Translations under genes and position numbers: made by a program
From: a virus
Lineage: Duplodnaviria > Caudoviricetes
DNA length: 64,000 nt
IMG/VR virus record: IMGVR_UViG_3300028591_000081
Location: 163,619-227,618 of that record
Direction: 5' to 3' (one strand)
Notes under the pieces: model-generated
Databases searched by the model: none
What the model was told of the DNA's origin: nothing
The model's input: only the letters and a program-made list of their open reading frames with translations
Part shown: positions 56,601-64,000 of the stretch, piece by piece
Layout of the letters: each line of letters opens with the position of its first letter
How positions within the stretch are numbered: position 1 is the stretch's first letter

Positions 56601-59398
56601 TCTTCAAAATAATAGTACGGATAATCCTCCCCAAGATCGTCATCCTTATACCACTGAGAGGTTGTGACATAATAAGGAACCTGTTCGGAACCTTCAGACA
56701 CCGTACTGCCGGAGAAAGGACTCTTGTGAAGAATATGATCGGAATAAATGACAAAGGCAGAGCCATCTGACTGGCTCGTATATCTTTCAGTCTGCACCAT
56801 CACCGAGGCGTCAAAGAGTGTGTCCTCAGGATTTGCACCTGTGCTTCCCTCGGTTCTAGTCGTTGTGACGATGTCCAGCTCCGTGTCACGTACAGGAGAA
56901 TAAACCGTAAATACCCTGACGTTTGACAACGTGTATGGGGTATCCAAATCAGGGATGTAAACCGTGCAGTTCTCAAGATCACAATACTTTCGTGTCTCCA
57001 GCAAACCCACTTCATCCGAAAAATCCGTGATGGATTCAGAACAGTGAAGAATCGGAGCTTCAAGAGTTCCCGTGACCATCCCAAGTACGTACAAACGGCT
57101 GTACGGATTCTGTGATACGAGTACACCTCTATCACCCCACACCTCAAATTCTGTCTTAGGCAGTTCCAAACCGCCGGTCAGAGACAAATGTCTCTCTTCG
57201 ACGAAACCAAACGGGGTTCTGATCGGTGCGGTCTGACCCAACGGCTCCGAGAACGAGTACACTTCAAGACAGGATATTTCGCGCCCAACCTCCCCTGCAT
57301 TTCCAGAGGAAGGATCTTGACCATAAGGATCATTGAAAGAGCTTATCGAAGAAACCATCGCATAAGCCGTATAAGGGGCAGTGTCCGTCTTTTTGGCCAA
57401 AGACAGCTTGAAGGCTTGGATATAATGTACGTCCTCATTCGATGGATCCAACCTCAAAGCATAGTATCGGTAAGAGCCGTAAGTAAACGTGCCGATAACA
57501 TACAAGAGCTGGCTTGGGAAAATGGATTTTGTGTTGTCCGGAACACCGTCCTCAGTCTCCCCTTCATTATCGTTCTCCAGCATTGCTTTGAACACTTTAT
57601 TATGCTCAGAAACAGCAGAAGTGGTACATCCGCAATAAAATCCGGCTGAAGGGTTTATCCACACAACCTCATTAACCCCTGCTATGGGTTCCAAGGTGGG
57701 CACATGCTCGTATCGAAGTTTACCACTGGAGAAGACCTCGTCCTCGACCGTAAACTCAAAGTCGTTGGAATCCACGATGCCGACAAGCTGACCATTCTGT
57801 CGCCCGGTAATCCTGACGAGATCCCAAGTCTGTACTTCCTGAGAAGAACCTTCCGAAATTCCATCCAACGTAAGGGACTGCGTAGCATAAGCGCGACGTG
57901 GAGGATCAAACACCTCATCCATTAGTCCAAGATCCTGAGTGACCGTGACATAACGCCCGACATACTTCCGGACATTGTGACCGTCCAACTCTGTTACAGG
58001 AACATCATCCCACACCGCCTCGTCTACATCTACGCCGCGCCCGGACACCCAACCAAAATCTGGGAAATTGTTCTCAAACTCAGGCTCAACGCTTCCAGAC
58101 ACATAGTCAGGCGGTACTTGGAGGAAGTGGATCTTGAACAGCATCACACCGTTACGGTACGCATAGCCCACCACGTTATACTTTTGGCTAGACACGGCCA
58201 TACGGCAGATCTTTTTCGTGCTGGCCGTATGGGAAGTCTGGAGATTGCATTCCTGCGTGACCTCAAGAGTTGGAAGAGGTAAGGAATCGAAATTCGTTAT
58301 CCCAGAAGAGTACTCATTTAAGAAGGTGAGATACGAGGTAGGTATATCCACCTGCTCTCCATTCTCGTCACGAAGATATGCAATTCCGTCGTCCTCAATC
58401 GTCAACAAAGTCAACACTGTACCTGCCGGACATCCGTCAACTTCTTCATTGAGCTGAACATACTGAGGGTACTCTGGATCGAACACGATCTGGTAAGGTG
58501 CACCGCGAGTAATCACCCCACCCCACACAAAACCTATGTCCAGTCCTACGATAACCTCTGTTTGGTTATTCGACAGACGAATCTTGGCAAGACTGTGTGC
58601 CAAATCCAGTCCTATGACCTTCTGATTGGTTCCCTCATCCAAGAAGTAGTAATTGACGATATTTCCGTTACTGTCCAACTCCGCCGCAATGGTTCTTGCG
58701 GTTGCCGTGACATAGGCATTACCGGACAACGGAATAAACTCGGCATCCGAAGGAACGATTGGGTAAATACCCACATCATCAGGATCGAGAGACGCCGCAA
58801 TGTACATAAGTCCAGAAATCTTTACGACCTCAAGCTCTCCAACCGATGAACGTATGAAACCTCGATAGACTCCCTCCGATGCATAACCACCTGTAATTTC
58901 AGACACGGTCTTGGAGGTCGGATCAAAAATTCGTCCGGAAGACTCCAATATGTCTTGACCGAGAACAGCGGTAGCCTTGATCATGCACCCGCGATTGGAG
59001 GTATCTGGAAAGTACCGAGAATCCCCATCAATCTGAATAATACGGTCGAGGTTCTGCTCACGAATCCATTTGGCCCCTTGAGGCAGGTTCGCACTAGGAT
59101 TTATATGCGGTTCTTTAGGGAAACACAGACGATCATTCGACTTCAGGGAATTATCCCTATGAAGTCGAATCATGGAGATCTCATCACTGCTATTCGTGGA
59201 AACGAAGTAGGGATCATCGACCGCTTGCGTGTCTTCATGCTTGTAGTACATGTCGTCCACGATCTGTGTGTACCGTTCCGATTCCAGAGTCATTTCCTGA
59301 CCGGAAATCACGGAAGGCACGAAGTCCTTCATCGAATGTGCGCTTATGACGACCAGTTTGCCATTTTGCAGGGCATAGTAAACGGTTTGCTTAATCAT
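53612..59398 (-). CDS. Giant (1928 aa) multidomain protein, beta-rich SH3-like segments, ending in three L7/L12-CTD-like domains
   Basis: Last domain YSVRLVSYEQKMNAIKLVRKLSGDVLGLGDAKDFVEGTLPAII matches the bL12 CTD KxxxIKxVRxxxGLGLxxAKxxVE motif. Confidence 0.65.
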   Translation of the reverse strand: MIKQTVYYALQNGKLVVISAHSMKDFVPSVISGQEMTLESERYTQIVDDMYYKHEDTQAVDDPYFVSTNSSDEISMIRLHRDNSLKSNDRLCFPKEPHINPSANLPQGAKWIREQNLDRIIQIDGDSRYFPDTSNRGCMIKATAVLGQDILESSGRIFDPTSKTVSEITGGYASEGVYRGFIRSSVGELEVVKISGLMYIAASLDPDDVGIYPIVPSDAEFIPLSGNAYVTATARTIAAELDSNGNIVNYYFLDEGTNQKVIGLDLAHSLAKIRLSNNQTEVIVGLDIGFVWGGVITRGAPYQIVFDPEYPQYVQLNEEVDGCPAGTVLTLLTIEDDGIAYLRDENGEQVDIPTSYLTFLNEYSSGITNFDSLPLPTLEVTQECNLQTSHTASTKKICRMAVSSQKYNVVGYAYRNGVMLFKIHFLQVPPDYVSGSVEPEFENNFPDFGWVSGRGVDVDEAVWDDVPVTELDGHNVRKYVGRYVTVTQDLGLMDEVFDPPRRAYATQSLTLDGISEGSSQEVQTWDLVRITGRQNGQLVGIVDSNDFEFTVEDEVFSSGKLRYEHVPTLEPIAGVNEVVWINPSAGFYCGCTTSAVSEHNKVFKAMLENDNEGETEDGVPDNTKSIFPSQLLYVIGTFTYGSYRYYALRLDPSNEDVHYIQAFKLSLAKKTDTAPYTAYAMVSSISSFNDPYGQDPSSGNAGEVGREISCLEVYSFSEPLGQTAPIRTPFGFVEERHLSLTGGLELPKTEFEVWGDRGVLVSQNPYSRLYVLGMVTGTLEAPILHCSESITDFSDEVGLLETRKYCDLENCTVYIPDLDTPYTLSNVRVFTVYSPVRDTELDIVTTTRTEGSTGANPEDTLFDASVMVQTERYTSQSDGSAFVIYSDHILHKSPFSGSTVSEGSEQVPYYVTTSQWYKDDDLGEDYPYYYFEERKGWCDEHKVMSATPLLCSWLDEEDKLGLEDIQPTTATFKSGVTSSEPKALHCPDIREFLSMSGVGEVLDETNLSDHLFTKRIILPKEGDLSGDYEEYFIDQNGVAYSGLSVNVTGSGYVPYNVAKYLWITREDLSVYGTSLPPSSHSFDGMSVGTLTVYSRTDQGYEVLGTMELPSAVFLILGEETVSGTTFYKVTKMWSALKDIPITVPFYIKKEDSFHYVGMDDDAYYRVRRDTRYIIMSPGIQSVYLHYVRDTLSVNNTNHSGSYLVSGTMETLFVADPKVPGTPPFYINHYGYYLWESIDGVSISDRLIAQEDSSVLVPMVQDVSQYAVYIKNPMEVDLDAYFESEPAGYSPKGFDPSYNMSPPTGSSWNTTKWAYGLLQGTHKASMKITKTFPDISRTVRWYRINDAGVVYSGGSIMPMPAWVYCITSDKGIDGIMAPLEEYTSEFEWGVLDTPKEVVFLKAFNITHNIDMPDLPAGISQPVLVSRTVRPNTSYDDTSSSTTTDYYVTSYMGHLIIIQPPEILGNYGLTFMQEECDITVSPDRVHTTPFGCSFETSDPYESDLVSNVIRTRGYPCKRRLYTSDGVSLYQVQVFVRESGSSEAVPVMAWCNGYEFREVPLVQEFQLPGTISDLYYIYMYNDENTRVCNYDDNQSPHVTCLGRTENGFVKVRYTSMGEERIGYVLESNVVISDNLSNPSEGNYTLRVLSYDPQSDNPNVSGDDVIGFLWSAMDEFSDDERQALLEQGVPTNVSPHYTDVSLEEALEGLGRLTTKQQLHLHNAGAELVIVNHTGTPIDLSEVDNPYSYTLQVVSFSALLNCLYLIRDACGLGLSDCQASVNSSNLPSGVVSYINTKLDIATQAFEAIEALKSSGDSTYDAEAEFRVVDKNGDVVLPEPLPLYSVRLVSYEQKMNAIKLVRKLSGDVLGLGDAKDFVEGTLPAIIPYLDRIPYEQALEAYNMSVDLQTNTPDTYACGAVIDIVDSSGVTVYPT

Positions 59399-59511
59399 AA
59401 AATTCTCCTCATCCCCCAGTGATCACACGAGACATAGAAATGGCCTCTTAATTTGATTTCATGTGTGAAATCCAGCGAACGTTCCACTGACTGTATGGGC
59501 AGATTCAGCGT

Positions 59512-59553
59512 TGTGGTGCTGAATCGGAGCATCATCAGTCCATGTGGTATAAC
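59512..59553 (+). promoter_or_regulatory. Motif promoter (TGTGGTGCTGAA-N24-TATAAC)
   Basis: Exact box 59512-59523; TGG-TATAAC at 59545-59553. Confidence 0.75.
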
Positions 59554-59616
59554 GTGTTTGTCAGATGGGAGAGACCCAAGGCTCCCGACACTCACTTCAC
59601 CCTGACGGAGGCTGTC

Positions 59617-60954
59617 ATGGCAGAGTTCATCGTTCCCGATTTCAAGTTTGAATCACTTTCCAAAAAGCTCAACACCATTGCCAATAAGTGCAAAAAAGCA
59701 GGTGTAGACTACATCATGGAGATCGGTGAACTCTACCCTCAGCGTTGCATGGTGCATTGCTTTTCTAAAGAGATGCATACAGAAACGACAGAAACACAGG
59801 TCATTGCGTGCCGGAAGGTAAACCTTGAACTGAAGTACAGAATCAACGGGTGGTCTGTACTTGGTACCGTCAATGTAAAAAGCGGCGTGCGCCAAACCTA
59901 CTTCGCAGACGCCTCCCTGTGTCAGAAGTATGGTGATGTGGATATGGCCCACTGTGACCATTGCCATACCAACCGTAAACGCAAGGCTGTCGTGGTTCTT
60001 CAGAACGAAGAGACCCACGAAGTCAAAGTGGTCGGTGCCACCTGCTGTAAAGAGTTTACAAAGGGTCTCGACGGGGCCATGTGCTCTGAATGGTGCAGTG
60101 TGTATGACGACCTTGTCCACCTCTCCATCAACGACTGTGAGACAAAGTGCTATTTCAATGACGAAGACCTTCCTAGGAAATCAGAACTTGTGGGCTTGGA
60201 CATATTCCATAACATCACCAGTCTGTCCATCGTCATCGCGGCATCTTACCTTATCTGTAAACAGGGTTTCGTGTCAGGTCAGGATGCCCGGATGTGCAAC
60301 GAGTTTCCTACCAGCCACTATGTAAAGAATCTCGTGAACGCGTGCCAGAACGAGTATATCTGCTGGTACTGTGACCGTCGGGAAGACGAAATCCAGAAAC
60401 CTGAAGACTTCATTCGCCTTGGTGCAAAAGACATCACGAAAGATCAGATCGACCTTGCGTATAGTGCCTTTGAGTGGTGCAAAAACCTTACCGACGAAGA
60501 GGCCGCCGAGTCTAGCTACCTTTTCAATCTCCGCACCCTGTGCCGTTACGAAGACACCATGGCCACCAATATGAACGCCGGTATGCTTACCTCTCTTATC
60601 CCAGCATATCGTCACGCCATGGATAAAAAGAGCAGAGAGCAGGCCAAGGCGTCTGAGAAGGCCAGTGAGTACATGTTCAATGTTGGAGAGCGCGTAAGCA
60701 CCGACGCCATCTTTGAGGACTATTTCACCTTCTCTACCTACTCCGTGTACTCGCGATACGGTGAGGTCGTCAAAGTCGTGTACAAGTTCAATGTCACCGG
60801 AAACACTCTGGTGTGGATTACAGAGACAGCAGACCTTATTAACAATCTCCACAAAGGTCAAAACGTTCGGTTGACGGGCCGTGTAAAGGAACATTCTGAA
60901 TACCGTGGAGTAAAACAAACCGTTCTGACCCGATGCAAGGTCGTGGTCGCATAA
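59617..60954 (+). CDS. Phage protein with Zn-finger (CDHC..VGATC) and C-terminal OB-fold-like domain
   Basis: CDHCHTNRKRK..VGATCCKEF; C-terminal GRVKEHSEYRGVKQTVLTR; GGAGG RBS. Confidence 0.65.
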   Translation: MAEFIVPDFKFESLSKKLNTIANKCKKAGVDYIMEIGELYPQRCMVHCFSKEMHTETTETQVIACRKVNLELKYRINGWSVLGTVNVKSGVRQTYFADASLCQKYGDVDMAHCDHCHTNRKRKAVVVLQNEETHEVKVVGATCCKEFTKGLDGAMCSEWCSVYDDLVHLSINDCETKCYFNDEDLPRKSELVGLDIFHNITSLSIVIAASYLICKQGFVSGQDARMCNEFPTSHYVKNLVNACQNEYICWYCDRREDEIQKPEDFIRLGAKDITKDQIDLAYSAFEWCKNLTDEEAAESSYLFNLRTLCRYEDTMATNMNAGMLTSLIPAYRHAMDKKSREQAKASEKASEYMFNVGERVSTDAIFEDYFTFSTYSVYSRYGEVVKVVYKFNVTGNTLVWITETADLINNLHKGQNVRLTGRVKEHSEYRGVKQTVLTRCKVVVA

Positions 60955-60964
60955 AGGAGAAACA

Positions 60965-62212
60965 ATGAGCCTTCTAGTAAACAAATTTACCTTATCTGAA
61001 GACTTCCTGAACCGCGTCTATGAAGATCTCATTCAGGAGCCAGACCTTTCCCACATCTACCTGAGCTTCTTGGAAGATGTGTGCATTGCAAATCGCATAG
61101 AAACCGTTGGATGCTGGACGGAAAACCTGTACCGAATCGTCGCGAAAAACGACAGCTCCATGAATGATGTCACTTGGTTCTCAACCCGCGCCGACACCCT
61201 GCTGGAGACGATCAACAGATTCAGGAACGAACGAAAGCCAGTACACACGTTCAACATTGTAAAAGATCAGTATGGGGTAGAGATTCTTAATGTAATTGTT
61301 GGGGATCATGCCGAATACGGATTGCCGGTCAGAGTCATGCGTGCCCCTTATAACCCCACAGACCTTAGTAAAGGTATGCATACCACGAGCGTCGAAGAAG
61401 CCATTGTTCTTGACGTGTTCAACCAGCAGAACCTCAAATGCGTCTCCTTAAACAGCAACCTTCGAGATCTCATCGTTAGGGCAAGACTGACGGCACGATC
61501 AGAAAATCGTTCTATAAGCCTGACTGAAAATACAGTATCGCTATGCCCACAATCCTCAAGTGTATTCTGGACAAATGAACACATGGCCGTAGTAGAGCAG
61601 TGCGAACATTCCACCAGTCAGCCTATTTCAGGGTCGGTGTTTCATCTGCCATCCACGCTACTTAAAGGGATTCTCAGTGACGGTCTGGATCATTTCGAGG
61701 TTTTCACGTCTGAACCCTCCACAACGGCTCTATATGGGGTGTACGAGGGAAGACCACACATGTGGTACGTAAGAGGGTATTACTATGACGATGCCGACAC
61801 CTGCGCGTACACCGCATTGTTTAAGGAACATGTGAAGGAATCTGGGTATGAAATTCACCTGAAGAAAAAAGAGCTGTCCCGTCTGAAAGAAGAAATCCAG
61901 AGATGTCGAAAGAGCTTCGAGTGTAAGAATGATCTGAAATACATCATTATGTCGCTCTATAATCAGGCTTCAAATATCCAGCTTGGAAGCGAGAACTACA
62001 ATGGTGAGTTGAGTATTGGAACCCAGATTATACGTCACAACCAGAACGTTGAGAGTCGTCATATTTACAACACTCAGTATCTGCTGGACATGCTGAAGCA
62101 TTACGGAAAGATGGATGTGTCGATAAACTGCACGGAAGACTTCATGGTGTGTAAGCCTGAGGGAAATGGGAAACGAACCATCCTCATTGCCGGTATGAGG
62201 GATCCTTACTGA
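60965..62212 (+). CDS. Divergent DNA polymerase III beta-clamp-like protein
   Basis: C-terminal YNTQYLLDMLK..ILIAGMR resembles the DnaN FNxxYLLDxL..VVMPMR end. Confidence 0.5.
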   Translation: MSLLVNKFTLSEDFLNRVYEDLIQEPDLSHIYLSFLEDVCIANRIETVGCWTENLYRIVAKNDSSMNDVTWFSTRADTLLETINRFRNERKPVHTFNIVKDQYGVEILNVIVGDHAEYGLPVRVMRAPYNPTDLSKGMHTTSVEEAIVLDVFNQQNLKCVSLNSNLRDLIVRARLTARSENRSISLTENTVSLCPQSSSVFWTNEHMAVVEQCEHSTSQPISGSVFHLPSTLLKGILSDGLDHFEVFTSEPSTTALYGVYEGRPHMWYVRGYYYDDADTCAYTALFKEHVKESGYEIHLKKKELSRLKEEIQRCRKSFECKNDLKYIIMSLYNQASNIQLGSENYNGELSIGTQIIRHNQNVESRHIYNTQYLLDMLKHYGKMDVSINCTEDFMVCKPEGNGKRTILIAGMRDPY

Positions 62213-62226
62213 ACCGAGCAAAATGG

Positions 62227-62262
62227 AAACAGGCCAGAACCTCAATCTGTTCTGGCCTGTTT
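62227..62262. terminator. Bidirectional terminator
   Basis: AAACAGGCCAGAAC/GTTCTGGCCTGTTT between convergent genes. Confidence 0.8.
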
Positions 62263-62279
62263 TTTCTTGACTTCCTTAC

Positions 62280-64000
62280 CTACGCATTGTTGTCGATAAC
62301 CTCAACCGTACCATACTGTTCGTCCGAACTCTCGAACAGATACTCCGTGTTGTAGGCATGATCCTTCCGTAGGTGCGGGAACACCGTGTAAGGAAGATGA
62401 CCAACCCCTTCCCGCACCTGTTCAACGTATTCATCATACGTGCCCTGAATGTCCGGCCCAGAGCCAATAAGGGCGTAATACAAGCCTTGCGCGAGGTCTT
62501 CCACAGTAACACCGTCTCGAACAGAAGTAAGTACAACCCTATAATCCGTGGCAGGTACCGTAATGTCAGGAATACCAGAATCCGGACAACTGAACCTCGC
62601 ATCACACCAGAACGGGTACAACTCAAGATCATAAGGATCATCAGGATTCCGTTCAGACGTGAGATACGTCGAAATCTTCTCCATGAGGTATCTTGCTTTC
62701 TCCAGAGGCAGATGCTGATACAAGATAACGGACGGGGTTTTGAGATAATCCATCAACTCGGACCACCCGTAACCGGAGACATCCTTGATGTAGAGAAGCA
62801 TACTGGAACAGTCTGCGGCGTCGGCACCACTCAGACCGTTCATGCTTTTAATGTAAAAAATGTTGGTTCGGTCACGCACAGAAAGTTCGTCATCACCCTC
62901 TCGCACTTCCCAATGAATGAGATCACTTGTCTGAACGGTACGCATCAGAACGACAGCCTGTTCGAGGGTAATATGTTCTAACACCTTTACAGGCTGGGGG
63001 TGTTCTGTAAGAGCGTTGACCACAGCAGTGCTTTCGTAGATGTCGTTCAGAAAACGGTCTATGTCCATAATCACCTGCGAACGATTCTTTGAAATGTCTT
63101 CAGCCTCATCTGGAGAAATCCACAGAGAGTAGATGCTGTTGCTGGTATCCAGAGGACTGGAGGACATCGTGTACTGCGTTGCATCTTCATGTGGAGTACC
63201 GCTAAGTTCCTGCTTTGTAAGCTCGATCACACTTAGTTTCGCTTCACACTCGTCGTGTGTCCCTACGAATACAGTACATGGGGCATGACGAAGAATGGAA
63301 TGAGGAAGAGATAAGGCGTCCAACACTGAGAAATCCGAAGAATCCTGACGACCGTCAGAACCGATGCTGATTGTGTACAGAGGGGCAGGATCTGGAGTTA
63401 TCGTGGGTTCGTCGTCTTCTCCAGTCACATACATACCTATGACGTGGAAAGGGGAATGTGTGTCTAAATTTACTCGCTCGGTAGTACCATCACTGTTGAT
63501 CTGTAATACACGTAAATTCACAGACGTGGAAAGGGTGGTTGTCTGTACCGGAGTAATATGTCTCGTCCGAGACTCCTCAAAAGCCGATTCAAGAAGTTCG
63601 TACATCTGGCTCGGGTAAGAATACGTGAAACCAGAGAAGTCGCAGAATCTTATGTCGTTCGGGGCATCCTGTTCACCTTGATAGAGAATCAGACCGATAC
63701 TTTTGTCATATATCAAGATTCTGGAAAGGAACAGAGTACCTTCGGTATAAGAAAAGCTCCTGCCCACCAAAGTGCCGTCCCGCATAACGTGAGACCATAC
63801 TACCACGGGGCCAAGAATTTCGGTGTTGTGATTTCGGTCCAGATCAGGAAGCTGTGATGAAGACATGAGTTCTTCCGTGGCATCCAGCTCAATGTCAGAC
63901 AGCTTGACATATACTCCAGATTCAGTGAGTGCAAATCCATTGGAAGTGATTCTGACGACATGAACCTGCCCGGGAACCGTAATCTGTGAAGAGGTACTTT
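62280..64000 (-). CDS. Partial large protein (open to the window edge) with degenerate L7/L12-CTD-like repeats
   Basis: Frame has no stop from 63866 to 64000; SGYGWSELMDYLKTPSVILYQHLPLEKA and YRVVLTSV..LPYTVFPHLRKDHA resemble the bL12 CTD. Confidence 0.55.
   Translation of the reverse strand, partial: STSSQITVPGQVHVVRITSNGFALTESGVYVKLSDIELDATEELMSSSQLPDLDRNHNTEILGPVVVWSHVMRDGTLVGRSFSYTEGTLFLSRILIYDKSIGLILYQGEQDAPNDIRFCDFSGFTYSYPSQMYELLESAFEESRTRHITPVQTTTLSTSVNLRVLQINSDGTTERVNLDTHSPFHVIGMYVTGEDDEPTITPDPAPLYTISIGSDGRQDSSDFSVLDALSLPHSILRHAPCTVFVGTHDECEAKLSVIELTKQELSGTPHEDATQYTMSSSPLDTSNSIYSLWISPDEAEDISKNRSQVIMDIDRFLNDIYESTAVVNALTEHPQPVKVLEHITLEQAVVLMRTVQTSDLIHWEVREGDDELSVRDRTNIFYIKSMNGLSGADAADCSSMLLYIKDVSGYGWSELMDYLKTPSVILYQHLPLEKARYLMEKISTYLTSERNPDDPYDLELYPFWCDARFSCPDSGIPDITVPATDYRVVLTSVRDGVTVEDLAQGLYYALIGSGPDIQGTYDEYVEQVREGVGHLPYTVFPHLRKDHAYNTEYLFESSDEQYGTVEVIDNNA

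Noticed and set aside
1-64000. Stop-codon reassignment as seen in some jumbo phages
   Set aside because: Conserved genes are full length in code 11, and TAA, TAG and TGA all terminate genes directly before terminators or the next RBS.

Overview
This window is a segment of a large (jumbo-type) T4-like myovirus genome in standard genetic code, with most genes on the - strand. Recognisable virion genes are a gp23-like major capsid, a gp21-like prohead protease fused to a long scaffold-like tail, a gp13-like neck, an enlarged gp18-like sheath, a gp19-like tube, a tape measure ending in an NlpC/P60 domain, and tail-fibre-like giant proteins. Accessory genes include ArdA, YafQ with a DinJ-like partner, CsrA, two HEXXH zincins, a UDP-sugar epimerase, a GT2-like glycosyltransferase, a beta-clamp-like protein and a solo TnpB element. 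The most striking signal is that about 15 otherwise unrelated genes carry Arg/Lys-rich peptides ending in (R/K)-x-E|(S/A), as N-terminal leaders, internal linkers and C-terminal tails, flanking mostly acidic ~100-200 aa modules. The same site sits at the expected maturation position of the major capsid protein (RRQANE|S) and recurs through the protease-scaffold. I infer a modular, prohead-protease-processed system of packaged and injected cargo polyproteins. Also seen directly in the sequence: a 9-copy promoter-like architecture (TGTGGTGCTGA + 24-25 nt + extended -10), a candidate late motif (WATCAAA), a degenerate second protease paralog, three 61-bp fixed-spacing palindromes ~15.5 kb apart, a 155-nt tRNA-like RNA with a giant anticodon-arm hairpin, and tandem ribosomal L7/L12-CTD-like domains in giant tail-region proteins. 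All functional calls come from motif recognition by eye; no database searches were run. Several CDS starts were moved from the ORF track to RBS-supported ATGs.
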